Part shown: positions 26,168-34,077 of the stretch, one piece after another | Layout of the letters: each line of letters begins with the position of its first letter | How positions within the stretch are numbered: the stretch's first letter is position 1 | Source: a virus | Virus record (IMG/VR): IMGVR_UViG_3300045988_147927 | Location: 1-64,000 of that record | Reading direction: 5' to 3' (one strand) | Length of the DNA: 64,000 nt | Notes under the pieces: generated by a model | Told to the model about the DNA's origin: nothing | The model's database searches: none | The model's input: only the letters and a program-made list of their open reading frames with translations | Program-made: the position numbers and the translations under genes

Positions 26168-26616
26168 TAAGATGTCAAAATAACAATCATGAATTTATTC
26201 ATAAATATTTTTGACAGAATAGTAAGTCTGTAGGGAAACTTGCAGATAGTAGCAACTAGATGTTGTTCAACAAAGAAACTGAATTGCTGGGAACTCCTAA
26301 AGCTAGCTAAACTACAACGTGATATCTATTAATATGATATGGATGTGAATGTGGCGAAAGCAGAGAAAATTAGTTAGATGGTATAAGGTTAAACCCTAAG
26401 TACTGCGATAATGGATAATCAGCAGCCAAGCCCGTGAGGGAAGGTTCAACGACTATTCCTCGTGAGGGAAGTACATTCAAGCGAATGGAAGTGGTTTCGC
26501 CTAAGTCGTAAAAGTGATATGGATAAGATATAGTCTGTGCTTTATTGAAAGATAAAGATGCACGTAGTGGTGCTGGCTAAGTGGTAGCGTACTTAGTTGA
26601 ACGAGCGTTCTCTCAA
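26168..26616 (+). ncRNA. group I intron catalytic core (copy A)
   Basis: This stretch is more GC-rich than its surroundings. It contains AAGATATAGTC (26525-26535), which I recognise as the classical P7 3' strand and which pairs with GACTAT in GGTTCAACGACTAT. It has GNRA-capped hairpins (CCC-GTGA-GGG; TCTGTAGG-GAAA-CTTGCAGA). The hairpin CTTTAT-TGAAAG-ATAAAG (26540-26557) covaries with copy B. Confidence 0.7.
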
Positions 26617-26718
26617 AAATTTCATAGTTATAGTTATATATTTGATAATAGTTCCTATTAGTATTATAATAAAGATATTAGGATTCTTTATTCAGTATGA
26701 GAGGAGGTGTTATCATCT

Positions 26719-27810
26719 ATGAATAAAAGTTTTAAAGTTAGGATATATCCGACACAAGAACAAAAAATATTGTTAGAAAAGACCTTTGGTGCAAACAGGT
26801 TTGTTTATAATTACTTTCTCAACTTAAAAAGTAAGTTGTATGAGTTTTATAAAATAAGAATTAGTTATAATAATTCTTCTAAGATTCTAACTGAGTTGAA
26901 GAAACAAAAAACTTGGTTTAAAGAAGTTGATAGTGTTTCTTTACAACAAACACTTAGAGATTTAGATAGTGCGTATCAAAACTTTTTTAGTAGGAGATGT
27001 AAATATCCTAAATTTAAGAGAAAAGATGATAAAAACTCATATCGTACTAACTCTAATATTAAAATAGATAATTGGTATATAACAGTTCCTAAGGTGGGAA
27101 TGTTACATTTTAGAGATAAAAACAGATTTAGTGGTGTTACTAAAATTTATAATGTAACAATATCTAAGACATCTAGTGGAAAATATTTTGCTAGCATTTC
27201 AGCTGAGGTTGATATCGCAACTTTTGAGAAAAGCAATCAAAATGTAGGTATAGACTTGGGATTGAAAGATTTTGCTATTCTTAATACTGGAGAAAAGATA
27301 CATAATCCTAGAATATTAAAACATCTTGAAGATAAATACAGAAAGTTAGCTAAATCTGTTTCAAGAAAAGTTAAAGGTTCAGTTAATTATCAAAAAGCTA
27401 GGATTAAGTTAGCTAGGTTTCATGAATACATAGTTAATATACGAAAAGATTTTCTACACAAACTATCTACTAATATAGTTAAGACTTATGATATTATGTG
27501 TATAGAAAATCTCAATATTAGTGGTTTAATGAAAAATCGTAGATTAGAAAAATCATTTCAGAATGTTTCATTGTATGAGTTCATATGGATGTTAGAGTAT
27601 AAAGCTAAGTGGTATGGTAAGACTATTTCTAAAGTAGATAGATTTTATCCATCATCACAGTTATGTTCTAATTGTGGTTATAAGAATAAAGAAGTTAAAA
27701 ATCTTAGCGTTCGTGAGTGGGATTGTCCTGAATGTGGAACTATTCATGATAGAGATATAAACTCAGCAATTAATATTTTGCATGAGGGATTACGACTTTT
27801 AGAGATATAA
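26719..27810 (+). CDS. tnpB: TnpB (IS200/IS605 OrfB-type RNA-guided nuclease), apparently intact
   Basis: GAGGAGGTG RBS. N-terminal [13 protein letters not shown]. RuvC residues in [18 protein letters not shown] and [11 protein letters not shown]. Zinc ribbon CSNCGYKN...WDCPECG. Confidence 0.85.
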   Translation: MNKSFKVRIYPTQEQKILLEKTFGANRFVYNYFLNLKSKLYEFYKIRISYNNSSKILTELKKQKTWFKEVDSVSLQQTLRDLDSAYQNFFSRRCKYPKFKRKDDKNSYRTNSNIKIDNWYITVPKVGMLHFRDKNRFSGVTKIYNVTISKTSSGKYFASISAEVDIATFEKSNQNVGIDLGLKDFAILNTGEKIHNPRILKHLEDKYRKLAKSVSRKVKGSVNYQKARIKLARFHEYIVNIRKDFLHKLSTNIVKTYDIMCIENLNISGLMKNRRLEKSFQNVSLYEFIWMLEYKAKWYGKTISKVDRFYPSSQLCSNCGYKNKEVKNLSVREWDCPECGTIHDRDINSAINILHEGLRLLEI

Positions 27811-27817
27811 ATATATG

Positions 27818-27948
27818 AATATATAAGTATAACTGTGGGACACATGGGGATAGCCTATTGTCTGGTTGTAAGACTCTTTTAACATAGTATTAAAAGAGCG
27901 AACCATTGGGTAGGAACCTCACTGACTTTGAGTCATAGAGGATGTCAG
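27818..27948 (+). ncRNA. conserved 3'-terminal RNA module of element A (putative omega-RNA scaffold overlapping the intron 3' end)
   Basis: About 130 nt, nearly identical to 32876..33009 and clearly related to 42229..42359. Ends GAGGATGTCAG. The terminal hairpin TGACT-TTG-AGTCA covaries between copies. Confidence 0.65.
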
Positions 27949-28512
27949 ATTACTGTATCTCAACATATGTTAAAGCTAGGTTCTAAAAGGATACAAAAGG
28001 AGTTAGGGAGTCTTTATTATCAAGACTTCCTAATATTTATGGCTGTTACTTTAGCTAAAGAGTTTGAACGTGCTATAGATACACAAAGATATAAAGGTAC
28101 TAAGTGGGCGCCCTTGTCGATTTCTTATTTAACATATAAACAGAGAAAGAATTTATCTCTTAATATATGGGAGGCGACCGGTTATTTAAAGAATAGTATT
28201 ACTGTATTCAAGAAGTTTACTAATTTTATTGCAGTAGGTTTTCAACAAAAACAATATTATCCTAATAGTGGAGCACAGGTAAATATGGTTGCTCGGTATG
28301 TTGAGTATGGTACTAATAGGAATACAGTAAATGGTAAGAAAACAATGCCAGCTAGACCTTTATTTAGACCTATAGCTAGTTATGTTTCTAAACATATATC
28401 AAGGTATTATAAGACTTATCTAAAAGAGATAGATAAACTCAGAAATAAAAAGATACCATACTTATATCTTAGGAATAAGAGTGTTAAAAGGTCATCTAAA
28501 AATAGGAAGTAG
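27949..28512 (+). CDS. tail-completion / virion-morphogenesis protein (Mu gpG / HK97 gp10-like), exon 2
   Basis: KWAPLSISYLTYKQRKN...IWEATGYLKNSI...VGF...YVEYGT...MPARPLFRP matches the W-x-PL...sG-x-L-x-S...PaRpF pattern of tail-completion proteins. There is no start or RBS at the exon boundary. Confidence 0.65.
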   Translation: MTVSQHMLKLGSKRIQKELGSLYYQDFLIFMAVTLAKEFERAIDTQRYKGTKWAPLSISYLTYKQRKNLSLNIWEATGYLKNSITVFKKFTNFIAVGFQQKQYYPNSGAQVNMVARYVEYGTNRNTVNGKKTMPARPLFRPIASYVSKHISRYYKTYLKEIDKLRNKKIPYLYLRNKSVKRSSKNRK

Positions 28513-28531
28513 TTATATTAATTTACACAAC

Positions 28532-28560
28532 TTTACATAATATATGTTTTATGTTATATT
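28532..28560 (+). promoter_or_regulatory. sigma-A-type promoter candidate
   Basis: TTTACA, 17-nt spacer, TATATT. Confidence 0.5.
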
Positions 28561-28603
28561 AGATATGTAGAGTGGTTAGATTAATTTATAAGGTGTGGTA
28601 TAT

Positions 28604-29206
28604 ATGGATAAACAAAAATTAATTTTAGAAGAACTTAGAGGTGTAGAGAATATTAATGAATCTAGCTTAGGTAGATTATATCAACATATAGGTAAAGATT
28701 ATATTGTATTCATTACATCTGATAGACAGGCATTAGATGTTACTGAAAATAATAAACGTAGGAAAGAGTTAGAGAAGTATATTCGTTTAGCTGGTTTTGG
28801 GTATAATAAAGTAGTTGGAAATTATGTAGAGGAAGAGACTGGTGAACCTAAGAAAGAGAAGTCTTTTGTAGTTTATGGTAAAGATGAGGAAGAGATGCTT
28901 AAAATGTTTAAGCGTTTGGGTGAAAAGTATGAGCAAGACTCTATCTTATTTGTAGATTTAGATGGTAATGCTTATCTTTTATATACATATGGTAGCAAAA
29001 AGGGTACCAGTGATAAACTTGGTAATTTTCATGTAGGTATTGTAGGTGATTTTTATTCTACAATAGGTAAAAAAGCCTTTAGATTTGAGGTTAGTGAGTC
29101 TTACTATAAGGAAAGTTTTACTACATTTAGTGGTATGCTACACGAAAATTTCATGAAATTTGTTAATAAGTACGATGATTTTGATATTAGATGGGAAAAT
29201 AGATAA
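28604..29206 (+). CDS. hypothetical protein
   Basis: ATG 28604 after AAGGTG. The track ORF starts at GTG 28595. Confidence 0.65.
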   Translation: MDKQKLILEELRGVENINESSLGRLYQHIGKDYIVFITSDRQALDVTENNKRRKELEKYIRLAGFGYNKVVGNYVEEETGEPKKEKSFVVYGKDEEEMLKMFKRLGEKYEQDSILFVDLDGNAYLLYTYGSKKGTSDKLGNFHVGIVGDFYSTIGKKAFRFEVSESYYKESFTTFSGMLHENFMKFVNKYDDFDIRWENR

Positions 29207-29988
29207 TGCATAGTCCTTTATATCAATACGATTTAGCTTTATTTGATAGAATACATAGTTTGTATGATGAAGTATTTTTTGCTGATGTTGATGAACAGTT
29301 TATTACTAATGCTAGGGAACATCAAGGTAAGGTAGTTATGCCATTTATTGGTATTAGTAGATTGCCAGATTTTTCTATTAATTATGAATTTTATAATGAC
29401 AGTCAAGTTCGGCGTGGTTGGACTAATCTAGGAGCAAAAGACCAAGATGGTGTAGAGTTTGCAGGTAAGAAAGTTATGATACATTCATTACCTGTTATGC
29501 TACAGTATCAAGTAGATGTGTATGCAACTAAACGTGACGTGTGTGATGGTTTGATTTCAGAGTTGATTATGGAATTTCATGAGAGACCTTATCTAAGGGT
29601 TCAGTTCATGGACTTAGGTGATGTTATACAAGAATTTCAAATAGCTGTTGAAGATGGTGTTACAGATAATACTGATGTTAGTGGTTTTAGTGAAACAAAC
29701 AGGTTTTATAGAAAATCTATAACAATCAATATAGACCATGCATATATCTATAGGGTTGATAAAGCACTAGAGATTGAAAAGATAACAATAGATGTCAATG
29801 ATTTACCTTTAGATAAAAAAGAAATTGAAAAAGTTAGACCTAAAGGTGAAGATAGTGGTAATGGTGGTAAAGTAGTACCTGATAATAGATTAAGTACAGA
29901 TGGGATTTCACCAGGAGTTAGGTCAAAAGATGATTTAAATAAAGCTAATGAAGAGATAAATAGTTCTGATATAGAAATAAAAAGATAA
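29206..29988 (+). CDS. putative neck / tail-terminator-like structural protein
   Basis: Position immediately upstream of the sheath gene; ATGA coupling with the upstream gene. Function inferred from synteny only. Confidence 0.35.
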   Translation: MHSPLYQYDLALFDRIHSLYDEVFFADVDEQFITNAREHQGKVVMPFIGISRLPDFSINYEFYNDSQVRRGWTNLGAKDQDGVEFAGKKVMIHSLPVMLQYQVDVYATKRDVCDGLISELIMEFHERPYLRVQFMDLGDVIQEFQIAVEDGVTDNTDVSGFSETNRFYRKSITINIDHAYIYRVDKALEIEKITIDVNDLPLDKKEIEKVRPKGEDSGNGGKVVPDNRLSTDGISPGVRSKDDLNKANEEINSSDIEIKR

Positions 29989-29999
29989 TAATTGTAAAG

Positions 30000-30032
30000 A
30001 AAGCACATTTCATAAAAAGAAATGTGCTTTTT
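30000..30032 (+). terminator. rho-independent terminator
   Basis: 12-bp stem AAAGCACATTTC / GAAATGTGCTTT followed by TTTTT. Confidence 0.75.
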
Positions 30033-30160
30033 ATATATAAAATTTGAAAACATTAAAACAATAAATATCTATATTTACAAAAGATAATAGTATACAAAAG
30101 ATGGGTAAGTGAATAAATTATAATATATTATAAATTATCCGTTAAGGGGGATACTATTTA

Positions 30161-31948
30161 ATGGCTACATTAACAATGTTAAGTCCTGGTGTATACATGA
30201 ATGAGGTTGATAAATCTCAGTATATTACAGATTCCTCTACTTGTATTATAGGTATGGTTGGTGGTGCAAGGTTTGGGCCAGTTGGTGTACCTACACTTAT
30301 TACTTCTCAACAAGAGTTAGTCAAGACTTTTGGTGAGCCTGTTGAGGGTGAGCATGGGTTGTATAGTGCCATGATGGCTCTAGTTCATGCTAGTCAAGTA
30401 ATTTATACTCGTGTTGTAAGAGGTGGAACAAAAGCTACTGCTGGTGTTTTGGGAACTGATAAAATTCTTTATAAATCAGCTGTTATAGGTGATGCTAGTA
30501 ATGGGTTAAAGATTTCTCAAACTGCTTTAACAGGTGGCAAATTCTCCATTACTGTAAAAGATGCACAGGATGTTGAGAAAGAAAAGTTTGAGGATTTAAC
30601 ATTAACGTCCTCAGAAGAAAACTATGTTGAGGCTATTGTAAATTCTAAATCAAAACTAATCAGGGTTGAACTTCAATCAACTGGCGAAATTACTGCCAAG
30701 GATTTCACGTTAGGTGATACTGTTAAAGGTGGTAACACTGGTGCAAATGCACATGCTGGTAAAAAAGGAACTGATAAGATTGTGTTAGAATCAAAATATT
30801 TTGATTCTGAGTTAAATGGATGTTCCGCAGTATTTAGTGCTATGGATGATTTTACTCAAACATTTAATTTACATATCTTAGATGAGAATGGTAATGTTGT
30901 TGAGCAATTCAGTACTTTATCTTTAGACCCTAAATCACCTCGTTTTGTAGAGACTATTATTAATAATGGTTCTATTCGTGTTAATGCTAAGATGGATACT
31001 AATACATCTATTCAATATCATGAGGATACTTTAATCTTTAGTGGTGGTGATGATGGTATTTTAGGTATCACAGCACAAGATGTAATTGGTGATATTAGTG
31101 GTGGTGGTTTACAAAGTTTCTCTAACCCTGAGACAGTTACTATTGATGTATTGACTGCAAGTGGTTGGAGTGATTCCTCTGTAATTAAAGCTGGTTTACA
31201 TATCGTAGAAAATCGTGCAGATTCTATTTTTATTGTAGACCCACCTTTTGGCATGTCTGTTCAAGAGATGATTAATTGGTCTAATGGTAAGGGTTCATAC
31301 ACTAATCAAGGTGGTTTAGATACATCTTATGGTGCATTGTATTGGCCATGGTTACAAATTAGTGATAACTATACTAATAAAAATATATGGTTGCCGCCTA
31401 GTGGGTTTGTAGCTGGTCAGTATGCATATAATGATAAAGTTGGTTTCCCTTGGTTAGCACCTGCTGGTCTTAATAGGGGTAAAATCACAAAAGCTATTAA
31501 TACAGAATATTCACCTACACAGGGTGAACGTGATGCTTTGTATGGACATAGGAATGTTGTAAACTGTATTACTAATTTCATAGGACAAGGTATTGTAATA
31601 TGGGGTAACAAAACTTTACAACGCCAACCTACTGCATTAGATAGGGTAAATGTTCGACGTTTGATGTGTTTCTTAGAACGTAGTATTGCCGCTAAAACAA
31701 GGTATTTTGTTTTTGAGCAAAATTACGATGCAACATGGGAACGTTGGAAAACTCTTGTTGAACCTGTATTGATTAATGCTAAAAATAATGGTGGTTTGTA
31801 TGATTATAAAATTGTGTTAGATGCTACTGCTGAAGATTATGAAAATAATAGGATGCCTATTAGTATCTATGTTAAACCAGTTAAATCTGCTGAGTTTATT
31901 AGTTTGACATACAATATCATGAGTTATAGTGCTAGTTTTGATAAATAA
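30161..31948 (+). CDS. contractile tail sheath protein
   Basis: N-terminal LSPGVYMNEVD, size 595 aa, C-terminal ...WGNKTLQ...DRVNVRRL... pattern, and it is followed by the tube gene. Strong AAGGGGGA RBS. Confidence 0.9.
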   Translation: MATLTMLSPGVYMNEVDKSQYITDSSTCIIGMVGGARFGPVGVPTLITSQQELVKTFGEPVEGEHGLYSAMMALVHASQVIYTRVVRGGTKATAGVLGTDKILYKSAVIGDASNGLKISQTALTGGKFSITVKDAQDVEKEKFEDLTLTSSEENYVEAIVNSKSKLIRVELQSTGEITAKDFTLGDTVKGGNTGANAHAGKKGTDKIVLESKYFDSELNGCSAVFSAMDDFTQTFNLHILDENGNVVEQFSTLSLDPKSPRFVETIINNGSIRVNAKMDTNTSIQYHEDTLIFSGGDDGILGITAQDVIGDISGGGLQSFSNPETVTIDVLTASGWSDSSVIKAGLHIVENRADSIFIVDPPFGMSVQEMINWSNGKGSYTNQGGLDTSYGALYWPWLQISDNYTNKNIWLPPSGFVAGQYAYNDKVGFPWLAPAGLNRGKITKAINTEYSPTQGERDALYGHRNVVNCITNFIGQGIVIWGNKTLQRQPTALDRVNVRRLMCFLERSIAAKTRYFVFEQNYDATWERWKTLVEPVLINAKNNGGLYDYKIVLDATAEDYENNRMPISIYVKPVKSAEFISLTYNIMSYSASFDK

Positions 31949-31963
31949 GGAGGAGTATAATAG

Positions 31964-32524
31964 ATGAGTCAGTTAAACGCAGCTTTTATGTCTATGGATT
32001 CCACTTATGAAGTTCAACGTACCAATAACTTTAGGTTTATCGTTGATTTAAGTGAGTTTTCTAATAATACTTCTTCCTCTAGTGGTGATATTATCGAGTT
32101 GGCTTGTGATAGTACAGGTTTACCTACCGTATCTAATGACCCTATTGAGTTAGATTATGGTAACTCTCAAATCAAAGTAGCTGGTAAAGCTACAACTGAT
32201 GATATTACTGTTGCAGTTAAAGACTTCATTGAGCCTGATGTTGAAAACATCTTATGGCAGTGGAGGATGAAGGTTTATAACCCTAAAACAGGTAAAGTTG
32301 GTTGGGCAAATAACTATAAACGTACTTGTATGATTGTTCAATATGGGCCAAATGGTGAAGTATTGAGGAAATGGCAATGTGATGGTTGTTGGCCAACAAG
32401 TCTTGATTTAGGTGAGCTTGACTATTCAAGTGGTGATAAAAAACAAATTAGTATGAGTTTGTCTGTAGATACTGCATATCTTGTAAGGGATGGACAAAAT
32501 ACTCATATTTATGGTACTGATTAA
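31964..32524 (+). CDS. tail tube protein
   Basis: 186 aa directly after the sheath gene. NNFRFIVDL...ELDYGNSQIKVAGK pattern of T4 gp19-like tube proteins. Confidence 0.8.
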   Translation: MSQLNAAFMSMDSTYEVQRTNNFRFIVDLSEFSNNTSSSSGDIIELACDSTGLPTVSNDPIELDYGNSQIKVAGKATTDDITVAVKDFIEPDVENILWQWRMKVYNPKTGKVGWANNYKRTCMIVQYGPNGEVLRKWQCDGCWPTSLDLGELDYSSGDKKQISMSLSVDTAYLVRDGQNTHIYGTD

Positions 32525-32537
32525 TAGTATCGTTTTT

Positions 32538-32568
32538 AGAGATGTAACATATGTTACATCTCTTTTTT
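32538..32568 (+). terminator. rho-independent terminator
   Basis: Perfect palindrome AGAGATGTAACAT/ATGTTACATCTCT followed by TTTTTT. Confidence 0.8.
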
Positions 32569-32631
32569 GTGTTATAATACTAATATAATATTAATATTAA
32601 TATTATATTTATGTTTAATAAGAGGTGTATT

Positions 32632-32871
32632 ATGGAAGAAAAACAATTAGAGGATTATCAAGTTAGGTTTATCGACGAGTATCGCACGTTATGTGAAAGG
32701 TGTTCTAAACTACATAGTATATTAGTTAAGTATGACGCTGGTACATTAGACTTTTCTCCTAAATGTAGTTCTGAGTTGCTAAGTAGTCAGTTAGAGTATA
32801 TGGAAGGTTATAAGTATATTCTAGAGGTTAGGGCTGAATTAGAAGGTATTGACTTGTCTAAGTATATGTAG
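32632..32871 (+). CDS. conserved phage protein of unknown function (crAss001_48-like pattern)
   Basis: ATG 32632 after AGAGGTG. The RCSKLHSILVKYDAGTLDFSPKCSSELLSSQLEYMEGYKYILEVRAELEGI pattern is one I recall from a widespread phage family. Confidence 0.5.
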   Translation: MEEKQLEDYQVRFIDEYRTLCERCSKLHSILVKYDAGTLDFSPKCSSELLSSQLEYMEGYKYILEVRAELEGIDLSKYM

Positions 32872-33009
32872 TATATTATAAGTATAACCGTGGGACACAT
32901 GGGGATAGCCTATTGTCTGGTTGTAAGACTCTTTTAACATAGTATTAAAAGAGCGAACCGTTGGGTAGGAACCTCACTGACTTAATTAAAAGTCAAGAGA
33001 GGATGTCAG
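32864..33009 (+). mobile_element. solo copy of the IStron 3'-terminal RNA module (orphan omega-RNA-like / right-end remnant)
   Basis: AAGTATAACCGTGGGACACATGGGGATAGCCTATTGTCTGGTTGTAAGACTCTTTTAACATAGTATTAAAAGAGCGAACCGTTGGGTAGGAACCTCACTGACTT...GAGGATGTCAG differs from 27818..27948 by only a few substitutions plus a changed terminal hairpin. No ribozyme core or tnpB is adjacent. Confidence 0.75.
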
Positions 33010-33067
33010 AAAGTGTATATCTTCTCTGATTATCTGCCTTTTACTATTAATAGATATAACACTTAGT

Positions 33068-33106
33068 AAAACACACTTCTATGGTTTAAATAGAAGTGTG
33101 TTTTTA
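33068..33106 (+). terminator. rho-independent terminator
   Basis: Stem AAACACACTTCT / AGAAGTGTGTTT followed by TTTTT. Confidence 0.75.
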
Positions 33107-33125
33107 TATATGTTAATGTAAGGGG

Positions 33126-33154
33126 TTTACATTTTTTGTGATATGTGTTATATT
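33126..33154 (+). promoter_or_regulatory. sigma-A-type promoter candidate
   Basis: TTTACA, 17-nt spacer including TGt, then TATATT. Same architecture as the promoters at 12545, 22598 and 28532. Confidence 0.5.
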
Positions 33155-33160
33155 TTTGGT

Positions 33161-33305
33161 GGGATATTTTTTAGTAAGTGTTCCTTTCTTTTGGGTAGAT
33201 ACATTTAAGCGTATTTGAGCATATTTTAATCCTGTTGAGTAGTTTGATATATTTTTTGCTCCTTTCTTGCAGTTGACACATTGGTTCTGTGTCAACTGCT
33301 TTTTA
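33161..33305 (+). ncRNA. candidate ~145-nt small RNA
   Basis: It lies between the promoter at 33126-33154 and a strong terminator (GCAGTTGACACA / TGTGTCAACTGC plus TTTTT, 33269-33305). There is no ATG in the interval. It has two CU-rich anti-Shine-Dalgarno-like motifs (TTCCTTTCTTTT, GCTCCTTTCTTG). Confidence 0.35.
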
Positions 33306-33544
33306 TTTTGTCATTTTATAGATTGTTTATATTAAATGTCTTATTATAGTTAGTATAAATAGTTATATTTGATATATGTTCTCATTTTTATTTCAGATAG
33401 TTATTATATATAGTTAATCTTGTTATTAATAATATATAATAAATGTGTAAGTACTCAAAGATTCCAGTTCTACATTATACCGTATTGCTAATTAATATAC
33501 AAAGGATATGTAAGGTAGTGTCATATTTAAGTAGAATGGGGGAA

Positions 33545-34024
33545 ATGTCTTTGAATATTATTGAGATGCTTTCTGTTCTAGGTATGAATATCAGTATAAG
33601 TGATGTTTCTATGGCTACGATTTTACTACTAACTATCATTCAGATATCACCAATAGATTTTAATCCACTATCTGTGATTTTATCTATTATAGGTAGAGAA
33701 TTAAATAAAGAGGTTATAGATAGGGTTGAAAAAATTGAAAAGTTAGGTGAGTCTAATAGTAAGGAGTTAGTTAAGTTGTCTTATGACATATCTGAGACTA
33801 GGGCAATAAATTCACGCTCTAGGATTTTGGAGTTTGATGATGACTTATTACATAATGTAGCAAAGTCAAGAGAGAGTTTCGACCACATTATGCTTGATAT
33901 AACTTATTATGAGCATTTTTGTAGGAGGTATCCAGATTTTCACAACCATATAGCTGATATAGCTACATCACATATAGTAGAGACATATAAGAGTAGATTG
34001 TCTAGGAATGATTTCTTAAAGTAG
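33545..34024 (+). CDS. membrane-anchored hypothetical protein (start uncertain)
   Basis: N-terminal hydrophobic segments (LSVLGMNISISDVSMATILLLTIIQ...), then a soluble domain. The track ORF start at 33443 looks too far upstream. Confidence 0.55.
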   Translation: MSLNIIEMLSVLGMNISISDVSMATILLLTIIQISPIDFNPLSVILSIIGRELNKEVIDRVEKIEKLGESNSKELVKLSYDISETRAINSRSRILEFDDDLLHNVAKSRESFDHIMLDITYYEHFCRRYPDFHNHIADIATSHIVETYKSRLSRNDFLK

Positions 34025-34040
34025 ATGAGGTTATATGGAG

Positions 34041-34077
34041 AGTAGAGTTAGGGTAAATACTAACTCTACTTTTGTTG
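34041..34077 (+). terminator. rho-independent terminator candidate
   Basis: Stem AGTAGAGTTA / TAACTCTACT followed by TTTGTTG. Confidence 0.55.

Larger units (their letters stand above)
26168..27948 (+). mobile_element. IStron-like element A: group I intron ribozyme + tnpB + 3'-terminal guide-RNA/3'-splice module
   Basis: 1781 nt. It starts with TAA just after exon T26167 and ends ...GAGGATGTCAG (G27948). It is homologous end to end to 40542..42359. Precise removal fuses 26117..26167 in frame to 27949..28512. Confidence 0.75.

Noticed and set aside
26168-26210. Attempt to assign the P1 / internal guide sequence pairing with the 5' exons of both introns.
   Set aside because: Candidate complements exist (ATAAAT at 26201-26206 for exon ATTTAT). 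However, that pairing would place an A-U rather than the canonical G-U at the splice site, and no equivalent clean pairing was found for copy B. It is left unassigned. The splice sites rest on frame restoration and the conserved termini only.
26220-26620. GC-rich patches (also 40600..41030) first suspected to be tRNA/rRNA fragments or a riboswitch.
   Set aside because: There is no cloverleaf or anticodon-arm geometry. The two regions are homologous to each other and carry group I intron core motifs, so they are annotated as ribozyme cores.
32578-32612. TAATAT-type AT microsatellite upstream of 32632..32871.
   Set aside because: It is short low-complexity AT sequence of a kind common in this genome's intergenic DNA, with no evidence of function.
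33113-33295. 60-aa minus-strand ORF.
   Set aside because: Its start codon sits inside the stem of a plus-strand terminator, and it has no RBS. The interval is better explained as a promoter-to-terminator non-coding transcript on the plus strand.
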